Positions 52,106 through 62,031 of a stretch of DNA of 64,000 nucleotides are shown one piece after another. The notes under the pieces were generated by a model. It ran no database searches. It was not told where the DNA came from and saw only the letters and a program-made list of their open reading frames with translations. The position numbers and the translations under genes are program-made. Source of the stretch: Promethearchaeota archaeon (GTDB lineage: Archaea; Asgardarchaeota; Lokiarchaeia; Sigyniarchaeales; SOKP01); NCBI GenBank assembly GCA_016839585.1, contig JAEOTZ010000018.1:64948-128947 (forward strand), in the 5' to 3' direction. Position 1 is the stretch's first letter, and each line of letters begins with the position of its first letter.

Positions 52106-52163
52106 TACTATATTCTTAAGTTGTTTTGTAAAATGAGCTTTAAAATTTTAAGATAATGAAATT
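52106..52163. repeat. 58-bp direct repeat, copy 2
   Basis: Two mismatches relative to 50304-50361; spacing 1802 bp. Confidence 0.95.
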
Positions 52164-52225
52164 GAAGAATTAAGAATTCTTAATTAAAAAAAAAAATAAA
52201 GCTATATATTAGATTTTATGAAAAT

Positions 52226-52738
52226 CTAACAACAGCCACCATGGTCATGGTTGTGACTATGATCATGTCCACAACTACACACAGTAGGTGGATCAGGTTC
52301 ACAATTGGTTTCAATAATTTTAATTTTAAAGTTTAAAACCTTACCCGCCATTGGATGATTTAGATCGATAATAACATCATCTTCCTCAATTGACTTAATT
52401 GAAGCAATCATTTGACCTTGTGGTCCCATAACCATCAATATCATACCTGGTTTGGGGTTAGGTCCCTTAGGAAATTGATCTTTTGGAACTTTTTGAGTGA
52501 GACCTTCCTTGTATTCTCCATATGCTTCGGAAGGTTTAATTTTAACTGTATATTCTTCACCAGGTTCTTTTCCGATAACAGAGTTATCGAATCCCTTAAT
52601 TAATTGCCCTTCTCCTACTTGAAATTTCAAGGGAAGCCCTTCGTTTTGTTCTGTACTATCAAAAACTTTCCCATCGTCAAAAGTCCCTATGTATTCAACT
52701 TTTATCCATTCTCCTTTTTTTACTGCCATTCTAATCAT
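52226..52738 (-). CDS. slyD: FKBP-type peptidyl-prolyl isomerase with His/Cys-rich tail
   Basis: DGKVFDST, G.GQLIKGF, EAYGE, DLNHPMAGK.L.F; tail CSCGHDHSHNHDHGGCC. Confidence 0.9.
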   Translation of the reverse strand: MIRMAVKKGEWIKVEYIGTFDDGKVFDSTEQNEGLPLKFQVGEGQLIKGFDNSVIGKEPGEEYTVKIKPSEAYGEYKEGLTQKVPKDQFPKGPNPKPGMILMVMGPQGQMIASIKSIEEDDVIIDLNHPMAGKVLNFKIKIIETNCEPDPPTVCSCGHDHSHNHDHGGCC

Positions 52739-52825
52739 ATTTAAAAATTATTAAGAAGATAATTGAATCATAATTTATTAGTAAATTGATTATATTTTAA
52801 AATTAACTTTACATAAAGTGAAGTA

Positions 52826-53782
52826 ATGGTAAATATAATTTCAGTATGTGGATTTAACTGCAGTAAATGTCCCGCATTCAAAGATAATATCAGTGGTGAA
52901 CAAGATAGAAAAAAAGTTGATGAAGGATGGAAAAAATATCATAGAACAAAGGGTTGGGTTTATGATGATCCATACTGCCTAGGATGTTTTGCAAATAAAA
53001 TTATAGAACCATTATGGCGTAAATGTTATATTCGAGGATGTGCAATCCAAAATGAAGTAAAGAATTGTGGATATTGTGCAGATTACCTTTGTAATCGTTT
53101 ATCTTATTTAATCAATCATATGGAAAAACTTGCGAAAAGTGCGAGAGAGATAGCTAATAAGGAGGATTATAGTAAATTTGCCGAACCTTATTTAGGCAAA
53201 GAAAGATTGGATAAGATTCATAAAGATGCCATTTCCCAAAATTCAATAAAAGAAACTCCACCGGTAGTAGAGGCTGCAGATTTCCCAGCAGATTTAAACT
53301 TTCTATCAGAAATTTATTTAGAGAAGATAAATCGGGAAAGTCATGAAAGGGGATTAAAAGCACTATATGGAATTCTTAAAAATCTATTAACCTTAAAAAG
53401 TAACACTCCTGGCGAAAGAGATTACGAGAGAAAAAGAATTAAGGAACTGACAAAAATCTTATACTTTATTGGAAAAGATGGAAAAATTATTGAAGAAAAA
53501 GATAATACATATATTGAAATTTCTCTAGATTCAATAAAGAATAGTATAAAGAAGGGTAAATTCGCTATTAGAAGTCGTCTTGATAAACTTGAATCTCATG
53601 GGATAGTATTTGAGTTTACTGAAGATGATTCCAAGATAAAAATGTCTTTTTCAGAGGAGCATAAGGGATTACCTATATCTTATGTTCTAAAAGCATATAT
53701 CCAGTTTCTACTTGAAAATAATGGTGAAAGAAAAGCATATACTTTATTTTCAAATGCAGACATGAGCCAATACATGAAATAA
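52826..53782 (+). CDS. DUF3795-like Cys-rich domain protein
   Basis: CGFNCSKCP, CLGC, CYIRGC, NCGYCADYLC at the N-terminus. Confidence 0.8.
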   Translation: MVNIISVCGFNCSKCPAFKDNISGEQDRKKVDEGWKKYHRTKGWVYDDPYCLGCFANKIIEPLWRKCYIRGCAIQNEVKNCGYCADYLCNRLSYLINHMEKLAKSAREIANKEDYSKFAEPYLGKERLDKIHKDAISQNSIKETPPVVEAADFPADLNFLSEIYLEKINRESHERGLKALYGILKNLLTLKSNTPGERDYERKRIKELTKILYFIGKDGKIIEEKDNTYIEISLDSIKNSIKKGKFAIRSRLDKLESHGIVFEFTEDDSKIKMSFSEEHKGLPISYVLKAYIQFLLENNGERKAYTLFSNADMSQYMK

Positions 53783-53902
53783 TCAATACTAAAGGGATTT
53801 AATGTCATAATTCACTTTTTATTCTTACTTCTACTAAAGTTCAATTGAATATTCTATTTATTTTTTGAATAATTAGATTCTATAAATGAAATTATTTTTA
53901 AA

Positions 53903-54226
53903 GTGAAAAAAGAAATGTCAAAAATAAAAATTACTGTAGTAAAACAATTTGGTCCTGAAGATGTGCTTGGGCATGAATTTATACGAGCTAATGGGGACCC
54001 AATTACTAAATGTGGTATTAAAGAAGGGATGGAATTTATAGTAGATGAAAAAGGAGACATGTCAGAAGGTTTTTGTCATCATGCATGGTATGGATTATAT
54101 AAGAATGTGTCGATTTTGCAGTGCGGGGGTGGATTTCCTACTTGGACTGGAGAGAATATGATTTATACTGCGTGTCCAGATGGTATCCGACCTGTATGTT
54201 TCAAATTGGAACGAATTTCTGATTAA
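53903..54226 (+). CDS. TIGR04076-like small Cys protein
   Basis: KIKITVVK, C...EG.EF, GFCHHAW, CPDGIRPV.FKLER. Confidence 0.8.
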   Translation: MKKEMSKIKITVVKQFGPEDVLGHEFIRANGDPITKCGIKEGMEFIVDEKGDMSEGFCHHAWYGLYKNVSILQCGGGFPTWTGENMIYTACPDGIRPVCFKLERISD

Positions 54227-54319
54227 TTCTTTTTTATTTTTATTTTAAAAATTTGCTAATGAATTAATACAGGCAAAAATTTAATTTTTTAACTACTTTT
54301 GTTTTGAGGTATTACTTTC

Positions 54320-54997
54320 ATGGGTTTAAAGGATTGGAAATCATGGTCATTTATTTTAATAATGGTTGGTAGTCTTCAATTTATCATTTTAACACTCATC
54401 GCAATGGTCTATTATAAAGGGGGGACATACATTGACCAATCAACATCAGGATATTTGTTCTGGAATAATTTGTTTAGTGATTTAGGTAGAACTATCGCAC
54501 ACTCTGGATTGACTAATAGAATTTCATTCATCATTTTTACAATAACACTTTTAATCTGGGGTTTTTCTCATATTCCTTTTTATGTTGCGTTTTCATTTAT
54601 TTTAAGAGAAAATAAAAAACAAAAACAGCTTAGTAAGACAGGATCTATTTTAGGTGTTCTTACAGGAATTTCATATATGGGGATTGCACTTACACCATCA
54701 GATATTTTAAATGATGCCCATAATTTTTTCGTTCTTATGGCATTTTCATCTATATTTGTTAGTATTATTATATATTCTATTGTGATTTACCATAACAAAT
54801 CCTATTCTAATTTTTACTCTTATGTTCTGGTAATCTCAGCAATAATTTTAGCATTATTTTATATTTCACTGCTTCTAATGCCAGATAAGTCGATACAAAT
54901 AGAATTATTTATTCAAGTATTAGGACAGAAAATAGCGATGTATACTTTATTGATATCTGGTTTTATTCAAGGCTATGGAGCCTTGAAAAAACTGTAG
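54320..54997 (+). CDS. DUF998-like membrane protein
   Basis: Y.GG, N.FSDLG, H..F, QK; about six TMs. Confidence 0.65.
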   Translation: MGLKDWKSWSFILIMVGSLQFIILTLIAMVYYKGGTYIDQSTSGYLFWNNLFSDLGRTIAHSGLTNRISFIIFTITLLIWGFSHIPFYVAFSFILRENKKQKQLSKTGSILGVLTGISYMGIALTPSDILNDAHNFFVLMAFSSIFVSIIIYSIVIYHNKSYSNFYSYVLVISAIILALFYISLLLMPDKSIQIELFIQVLGQKIAMYTLLISGFIQGYGALKKL

Positions 54998-55136
54998 ATA
55001 GATAATACTCCTAATACTTCTATTATTATAATAAATTTTTTATACTATAGATGAATATTTGAATAAATAACTGGATATCAAAACATTATTTTATTAAATT
55101 TTTCAACCAATTTTAATAAATCAATCATTTAGTATC

Positions 55137-55925
55137 ATGAATAATGGGAATCAATTGTTAAATAAACTTAGAGCAGGATCTCTTCGTGGAATCATTTTTG
55201 ATTTCGATGGAACTATACTCGATGTTAGAGAACCTCTTGAAAAGTCAATAAATGAAGTCTTTACTTATTATAAGGTTGATGTTGATATGGATACTACGTT
55301 TCAAGAGATAGGCGCATTGTTAGAAACCATTCAAGGTTATCCACTCCCTAAAGTCTTATTAGAGTCTTTTGAGATATTTAAACATATTACTGCACTTGAA
55401 GGATTAACCTATTTCAAGCAATTGAGAATTGCAATCAAAACTTTCTCTAAATATTTAGAATACTCTAAAGATGCTACCTTATATCCAGGAGTAAAACCTA
55501 TATTGAAAAAATTTAAAAAATTTAGTGATCTTTATATTGTATCCCATAATAAAACAGAGACTATTATGAATCACTTAGAGAATGAAGGAATAGACAAATT
55601 CTTTAAAGGCGTGTATGGGAGTGATAAAATTCCCGTTCAGAAACCAGATCCAATGGCACTTCAACCACCTATTGAAAATTATGAAACACGAAAGAGAAAT
55701 GAATTTTTAATGATTGGCGATATGCCATCAGATATAATTGCTGGTCGAGAAGCTGGTTTTTGGACTATTGGAATTTCAAGTGGGGTAAGCAAAAAAGAGA
55801 TTCTGGCTGAACAAAGACCAGATTTATTAATTAATTCATTAGATGATTTATTAAAATTAGTTGAGAAAAAAACAATATCAGAATCGAATATTCAAAAATC
55901 TATAAAGATAAAATCAGAGGAGTAA
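55137..55925 (+). CDS. HAD-superfamily phosphatase (Gph-like)
   Basis: FDFDGT, VSH, KPDP, IGDMPSDI.AG; stop is 6 nt before the acyltransferase. Confidence 0.9.
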   Translation: MNNGNQLLNKLRAGSLRGIIFDFDGTILDVREPLEKSINEVFTYYKVDVDMDTTFQEIGALLETIQGYPLPKVLLESFEIFKHITALEGLTYFKQLRIAIKTFSKYLEYSKDATLYPGVKPILKKFKKFSDLYIVSHNKTETIMNHLENEGIDKFFKGVYGSDKIPVQKPDPMALQPPIENYETRKRNEFLMIGDMPSDIIAGREAGFWTIGISSGVSKKEILAEQRPDLLINSLDDLLKLVEKKTISESNIQKSIKIKSEE

Positions 55926-55931
55926 AAATTT

Positions 55932-57596
55932 ATGCAACTTGAAAAGAAAGGATATCAACTAGCAGAAGAGCTTGAACGAAAGAAATCCACTGAACAGAAG
56001 ATGCAAGAAGAGCTCAAGTACCAAAAACGTCATCAAGATTGGACATATAAAATTCTTAAATTTAACCCAATCGACCCTTTGAATGACCTTTATCGGTACA
56101 TCATCAAAAGGCTAGATTTGAAGAAAATTGAAGGACGACTCCAATGGTGGGCTGCGTATATTTATATAAAACAAGCTGCCCGTATGTTCTGGAACTTCAA
56201 AACGGAATATCCGAAGGGGAACATGTTTCCAGAATATGGTCCGGGCATTCTCGTCGCCAATCACGAGTCACACATCGATCCCTTCTTCTATGGGGCCGCT
56301 TGTCATCGCAGGATTCGCTACATGAGTAAGTTGGACAATTTTAAGACCCCTATAGTAAGAACACTCTTCAATAATCTTGGAGCTTTCAAAGTAGACCGTG
56401 ATAATCCCGATCGGGCATGGGAAAAAGCAAAGGAGATTATCCGAGGAGGAGAATGGGTTGGTATATTTCCTGAAGGTACTCGTAGTACTGAAGAAAATGG
56501 ATTTGCGTTAGGAGAATTCAAAACTGGTGCTGTTAGGCTGGCGATTGAAATGGATGTACCAATCGTTCCGATGGCTGTAGTTGGTTCAAGGAATGCCTTA
56601 TCTAAAGGTAAACTAGTTATGAAACCAACTCAAGTAATTGTAAGAGTAGGAGATCCAATTAATTATCATGATTATGATATTAATATGGTATCATATGAAG
56701 ATATAAGAAGGTTAACTGATGAGTTAAGAACCGTAGTCTTTGAGCTACGTGAAGGTATTTATGGGAAAAAAGAGGAAGAACTTTCAATAGGTTCACTTGA
56801 AGATGTTGAGAAAGAGCCAAAATTCAATTTTAAGACTTACTTAAAAGATGTGGGAAAGGGAGTATTACAACTCATAGATGATTCATGGTATGCTCTTTTA
56901 AAGAGTTTAGAAGCATTTGGAGTTCGCGACCAGTTTCAAAAGACGGTACAATGTTTCTCAGGAGATTTAGTTTGTAGTTGGTCTGACCTTATGATGCCGT
57001 ATAAAGTAATCGACTTTGAAAAATACATCCCACAAGAAGGTGCTGCGCTTATATGTCCAAGTCATAATTCAGAATGGGATGTACTTATACTGGCTGCAAG
57101 TATGATACATCATCCACCAAGGCGAGTTATGTACCAGATGGCAAAACAATCGCTTTTTAAAATACCACTCGTTAACGCCTGGGTAAGAAATCATCATGCA
57201 TTTCCCTTAAAACGGGGAGAACATGATGTAGATTCTTACAACTATGCAAGGAATCTTCTTGAGCAGGGGGAGGTAGTTTGTACTTATCCCGAAGGAACAA
57301 CTAATCTTGGAGGTGGTGAACTTTTAGAAGGTCACACTGGTCCCATACGGTTAGCAATAGAAACACAAGTCCCAATTATCCCAATTGGTATAACTGGGAC
57401 AGAAACTACATATCCTAAGCATGCGAAAATGCTGAAATTTTATAAGGGTCAAATATTAAAAGCAGGACCACCATTTATGGAGCATCAACAATATTGGGGT
57501 AAGCCAATGCCGGATTATGATGAGCTTAAACGATTAACTGACAACATGATGGATCAGATCCGTGATTTACTTGTATACGATGCCCCTGATACGTGA
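55932..57596 (+). CDS. Tandem two-domain PlsC/LPLAT glycerolipid acyltransferase
   Basis: Domain 1: NHESHID, FKVDR, FPEGTRS, FKTGA..VPIVP. Domain 2: SHNSEWD, FPLKR, YPEGTT, HTGP..VPIIP. Confidence 0.9.
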   Translation: MQLEKKGYQLAEELERKKSTEQKMQEELKYQKRHQDWTYKILKFNPIDPLNDLYRYIIKRLDLKKIEGRLQWWAAYIYIKQAARMFWNFKTEYPKGNMFPEYGPGILVANHESHIDPFFYGAACHRRIRYMSKLDNFKTPIVRTLFNNLGAFKVDRDNPDRAWEKAKEIIRGGEWVGIFPEGTRSTEENGFALGEFKTGAVRLAIEMDVPIVPMAVVGSRNALSKGKLVMKPTQVIVRVGDPINYHDYDINMVSYEDIRRLTDELRTVVFELREGIYGKKEEELSIGSLEDVEKEPKFNFKTYLKDVGKGVLQLIDDSWYALLKSLEAFGVRDQFQKTVQCFSGDLVCSWSDLMMPYKVIDFEKYIPQEGAALICPSHNSEWDVLILAASMIHHPPRRVMYQMAKQSLFKIPLVNAWVRNHHAFPLKRGEHDVDSYNYARNLLEQGEVVCTYPEGTTNLGGGELLEGHTGPIRLAIETQVPIIPIGITGTETTYPKHAKMLKFYKGQILKAGPPFMEHQQYWGKPMPDYDELKRLTDNMMDQIRDLLVYDAPDT

Positions 57597-57617
57597 AATT
57601 TTTGAGGATTTCTTGAA

Positions 57618-58685
57618 ATGGACCCACAGGTAGCAGAAAGTAAGAAAAAAATAAAAGTTGGAATACCAAGAGCGCTTCACTTTTATAGGTATTATCCTTT
57701 TTGGAAAAAGCTACTTGAAGAATTAGATGTAGAAATCGTATTGAGCCCTCCTACTAATAAAAAAATTGTTGAAGAAGGGGTTACTCATGGATTTGGAGAG
57801 CTATGCATCCCAGTAAAAATTTATTATGGACAAGTATTAAAATTAATCAGAGATCATCCAGATTTAGACTATCTTTTTGTTCCTCGATATGTAGCAGAAG
57901 TAAAAGAGGCTTATTTCTGTCCTAAATTTATATCACTTCCGGATATTATTAAAATCTTGCCTGGAGTGCCTAAAATTTTAAATTTTGAGGTTAATGTGAA
58001 AGAATTTCCTATTGCAACTTCAGTTATTGAACTTGGAAAAGAATTAGGTAAAACACAGGATCAATCATTAAAAGCTTATAGAGAGGCTCAAAAGTATTTT
58101 GATGAATATCACAAATTCCTAAGGCAAGGTGGTTCAGTTAATCATGCATTGCGATTAGTTCAGAGAAACATTCCTTTTAAATTACCTAAGAAGAAAAGCA
58201 AGGGAGATATAAAGTTCTTACTCTTGGGTCATGCATATAATATTTTTGATACTTTTATTAATTTAGATTTTCAAAAGAAATTAGTAGATCAAGGAGTTGA
58301 AGTTTTAACTATTGAAAATCTACCAGAATTTATTTTTAAAGAGCCAGTAATAGTGAATCCTAAAGGGGGTGGCCTACGAAATTACTGGAAACATGAAGAA
58401 GAAATTATGCAAGCAATTAGATACTTTCTTACCAAAGGGCGAGATGAAATTGATGGTGTTATTTTCCTTGTAAGTTTTGCTTGCGGACCTGATAGCCTAA
58501 TTTCAGAACTAATCATGCGGGATATGAAAGTCGTTGGACTTCCTTTTTTGGAGATTACAATGGATGAGCATAGTGGTGAAGCAGGTTTACTTACGAGAGT
58601 AGAAAGTTTTGTTGAAATGGTACGACGTAAAAAGAAGAAATTGGAGATTGATTCAAAAAAGACTACAGTTATAAAAACATTATAA
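57618..58685 (+). CDS. Stand-alone DUF2229 (acyl-CoA dehydratase activase-related, Fe-S reductase module)
   Basis: VGIPRAL, LCIPVK..YG, YFCPK, LGHAYN..D..IN, FACGPD, DEHSGEAG..TRVESF. Confidence 0.85.
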   Translation: MDPQVAESKKKIKVGIPRALHFYRYYPFWKKLLEELDVEIVLSPPTNKKIVEEGVTHGFGELCIPVKIYYGQVLKLIRDHPDLDYLFVPRYVAEVKEAYFCPKFISLPDIIKILPGVPKILNFEVNVKEFPIATSVIELGKELGKTQDQSLKAYREAQKYFDEYHKFLRQGGSVNHALRLVQRNIPFKLPKKKSKGDIKFLLLGHAYNIFDTFINLDFQKKLVDQGVEVLTIENLPEFIFKEPVIVNPKGGGLRNYWKHEEEIMQAIRYFLTKGRDEIDGVIFLVSFACGPDSLISELIMRDMKVVGLPFLEITMDEHSGEAGLLTRVESFVEMVRRKKKKLEIDSKKTTVIKTL

Positions 58686-58974
58686 ATGGATAAGATTTAT
58701 CTTTTCTCTCATTTTTTTAAATGAGTGAAATAACACTGACTTTTTTTATTAAAGTTTAACAATTTTTTTAATAATCAATATTATTTAAAAACTATATGCT
58801 GGTTTAAGTAGTTGATAATTATTAATATTTTAATGAGCTTAATGGAATAATATTTGTAATCTTATTTTTTGTTGTATAATATTTAAATAGTCATTTATAA
58901 TTCTTTTTTCTTATTTAATAAAATAAAGATTTGAATAAATAAATAGATATTTGAACATAAATGGTGAGCATTAA

Positions 58975-58993
58975 TGAGCAGATTTTCTGCTCA
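58975..58993. promoter_or_regulatory. Operator-like palindrome TGAGCAGA-TTT-TCTGCTCA
   Basis: Perfect 8-bp inverted repeat about 80 bp upstream of the PlsA-like gene; extra half-sites TGAACA (58952) and TGAGCA (58965). Confidence 0.6.
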
Positions 58994-59070
58994 AATTTGG
59001 TGAAGTGGATTTAAACAATTATTTAAGTAAATATATATCCAATTAAACTAATCATTTTAGCTGATAGGTA

Positions 59071-62028
59071 ATGTTAAACAAGAGTCTTCATAGATTGAAT
59101 ATACAAAAACCTCAATATTTTGAGGGTTTAGAAATTGGAGCTGTTTCTGTAAAATGGGTTTGTAGAACAGAAAATGGAGAAATATTAAGTGAAGTTGTAC
59201 GCCACGAAGGCTCTCCAAGAGAGAAGATAAAAAAGATTTTTGCTCGGTATAATGTAGATAATCATTCAAAAATTGTAATAACTGGTCAAGCCACCAAGAG
59301 TTTTCTTAATTTACCATACATTTCAGAAATAGAATGTCTTGAAAAGGCTTTAGCGTTCTATAATTTAAAACCGGATATTCTACTTTCACTTGGTGGAGAA
59401 ACTTTTAGCATATACCCTATGAAAAGTGGTATAATAAAAAATATTATTTCAACTTCAAAATGTGCTGCTGGTACAGGTGAATTCATTGTCCAACAACTTC
59501 AAAGAATGGGATTAACTGTTGAACAAGGAATTGAAGCCAGTATAACAGGTAATTTCACTCAATTAGCAACAAGATGTTCTGTTCATTGCAAATCTGATGC
59601 TACTCATAAACTCAATAAAGGAGAGTGTAAAAGGGAAGATATAGTAAAAACTTTAATTTATGACTTAGCAAGAAAAGTTAGTGAAATGATTGAGTCTGCA
59701 CAATGGCCTACACGATTAATTGTAATATCGGGAGGAGTTGCTTTAAATAAAATTTTTATTCAGAATTTATCTGAATTTCTAGGTGATACAGAAATAAAAT
59801 TATTACCAGAAAGTCCTTATCTCGAAGTATTTGGAGCATCATTATTCGCATCTGAGTTGCAAGAATCCCCCTTCCTCCACGATGACTGGTTTAAATCATC
59901 GAAAGTTGAGTTTCCAATCCTCAGACCACTTAAAGAAGCAGAACCTCTTCTGGATTACCGAGTTAACACAGAATCTAAAACAAAAATAAAACTTGGAGAA
60001 AAATATATACTTAGTATAGATGCGGGTTCTACTACTACTAAAGCTGTACTATTTAATGTTTCTGATGATTCAATAGGTGCAAGTGTTTATTTAAGAACTT
60101 TGGGCAATCCTGTTTTAGCTACTAAACAATGTATCAATGAACTCATGAAACAGGTAGGTAATAATACTATAAAAGTAATTCAATGTGGGGTAACAGGTTC
60201 TGCTAGAGAAATGGTATCCGTTTATTTAGATAATTGTCGAAGTTTTAATGAGATACTAACACATGCAAGAGCGGCTACCAACGAGCTTCCAAATGTAGAT
60301 ACTGTATTTGAAATTGGTGGGCAGGATTCAAAATTTATCTCATTTTTAAAAGGCGTACCAATTGATTATGCGATGAATGAAGGATGCTCTGCTGGGACTG
60401 GCAGTTTTCTGGAGGAATCTGCATCAGTAGACATGGGTATAGCTGTAGAGGAAATTAGTGATATAGCGACAAAAAGTACTCACCCAATAGCATTTGGTGA
60501 ACGGTGTGCTGCTTTTATCAATACTGATTTAAGAAATGCTCTTCAACAAGGAGCAAATCCTGATAATGTGGTAGCTGGCTTGGTTTATTCAATTGCAGAT
60601 AATTATATTTCACGTATTGTTGGATCACGTCAAATAGGAGAGAATCTTCTATTCCTTGGAGGAGTTGCTCTAAATAAATCAGTTGCTTTAGCTATAGCTG
60701 CTCGTTCACATCAAAAAGTTGTAGTACCGGCGCATCCTGAACTTATGGGAGCCGTGGGTACAGCTCTTATGACACGTGATCTTTTACAAAATGATATTAT
60801 ATCTGAAACAAATTACATGCTCAAGAAACTTACGAGAGGAGAAATACAAATTAAAAATACTTTTAGATGTAAGGCATGTGAAAATAATTGTGAAATTCAA
60901 AGAATTTCAATAAGAGGGAAAATTTATCCCTTTGGAGGATTATGCTCAAAATATAAATTATTACGCCAAAAAGGTACCAAAGTAAAAGAAGGTCAAGATC
61001 TTGTAGAATTAAGGAATAAAATGATGATTGATGAATATAGAAGTCGATCTTTAAAAAATCCTCGTGGCACAATAGGATTACCTATGGCATTAACTTCTCA
61101 TGTTCTTTTCCCTTTATACACAAAATTTATCAATGAGCTTGGTTATGATGTCGTATTATCAAATCCTTCAAAAATTGGTAATACCAAAACGAAAGCACCT
61201 ATATGTTATCCTTGTGAATTAGTTCATGGAGCGGTAAATGATCTTTTAAATCGCGATGTTGATTACATTTTCTTACCTCATGTCATTGAAATGGAAATTT
61301 CAAGAGGTTTTATTCATGGTTATACGTGTCCTTCTACAACAACTATTCCAGACATCATCCGCGCAGCCTTTGAGAATGTAAGCGATAAAATATTATCACC
61401 TCATATTGGTCTCTCAGAAGACCTTATTGATACAACTTTAACGGAGTTTGGAAGAATTGCTTGTTTGTTAGGATTAGAAAATAAAGAGGGTATTAATGCG
61501 GGATTGATAGCTATATCTCGTTATAAGATGTTCAGAGAAAGATATTACGAATTTGGTAGAAGAAAATTAAAGGATCTCTTGAACAAACCATCAGTAATTA
61601 TCGCTGGAAGACCTTATGTTATTTATCCTGCAGATGTTAACATAGCACTCCCTCGCAAAATAGTTAGCAGAGGATATAATGCTATTCCCTCTGATTTATT
61701 ACCATTTTTAAATAATGAAGCAACACACACAAGAAATGTATGGAGCTTTACTCAAGAGATCAATAATGCCATTCAATATGTAAAAAAGTATCCCAATTTA
61801 TACCTCTGTTTTGTTTCTTGCTTTTCATGTGGTCCTGATGGAACTATGTATCATCACTTTCGTCAACAACTTGAGGGGCACACGTTTTGTTATCTTGAAA
61901 TAGATTCTCATACAGCCCACGCTGGTTTTGAAACGAGAGTAGGCGCTTTTTTAGATATTATTGAAGAACGCCATCGTAATGCAAAGAAAAATGTGAAAAG
62001 TTTATTAAATCAAGGTATAACTATCTAA
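59071..62028 (+). CDS. PlsA/Ger-like protein: two BcrAD/BadFG activase domains plus DUF2229
   Basis: Act1: KCAAGTG, RCSVHC. Act2: IDAGSTTTK, EIGGQDSK, MNEGCSAGTG, RCAAF. Linker: CKACENNC..GGLC. Red1: CYPC, YTCP, GRPY, FSCGPD, EIDSH. Confidence 0.85.
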   Translation: MLNKSLHRLNIQKPQYFEGLEIGAVSVKWVCRTENGEILSEVVRHEGSPREKIKKIFARYNVDNHSKIVITGQATKSFLNLPYISEIECLEKALAFYNLKPDILLSLGGETFSIYPMKSGIIKNIISTSKCAAGTGEFIVQQLQRMGLTVEQGIEASITGNFTQLATRCSVHCKSDATHKLNKGECKREDIVKTLIYDLARKVSEMIESAQWPTRLIVISGGVALNKIFIQNLSEFLGDTEIKLLPESPYLEVFGASLFASELQESPFLHDDWFKSSKVEFPILRPLKEAEPLLDYRVNTESKTKIKLGEKYILSIDAGSTTTKAVLFNVSDDSIGASVYLRTLGNPVLATKQCINELMKQVGNNTIKVIQCGVTGSAREMVSVYLDNCRSFNEILTHARAATNELPNVDTVFEIGGQDSKFISFLKGVPIDYAMNEGCSAGTGSFLEESASVDMGIAVEEISDIATKSTHPIAFGERCAAFINTDLRNALQQGANPDNVVAGLVYSIADNYISRIVGSRQIGENLLFLGGVALNKSVALAIAARSHQKVVVPAHPELMGAVGTALMTRDLLQNDIISETNYMLKKLTRGEIQIKNTFRCKACENNCEIQRISIRGKIYPFGGLCSKYKLLRQKGTKVKEGQDLVELRNKMMIDEYRSRSLKNPRGTIGLPMALTSHVLFPLYTKFINELGYDVVLSNPSKIGNTKTKAPICYPCELVHGAVNDLLNRDVDYIFLPHVIEMEISRGFIHGYTCPSTTTIPDIIRAAFENVSDKILSPHIGLSEDLIDTTLTEFGRIACLLGLENKEGINAGLIAISRYKMFRERYYEFGRRKLKDLLNKPSVIIAGRPYVIYPADVNIALPRKIVSRGYNAIPSDLLPFLNNEATHTRNVWSFTQEINNAIQYVKKYPNLYLCFVSCFSCGPDGTMYHHFRQQLEGHTFCYLEIDSHTAHAGFETRVGAFLDIIEERHRNAKKNVKSLLNQGITI

Positions 62029-62031
62029 AAA

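Noticed and set aside
50304-52163. Insertion sequence or integron call for the direct-repeat unit
   Set aside because: No transposase, integrase, terminal inverted repeats or attC-like structure was seen; kept only as an unexplained cassette.
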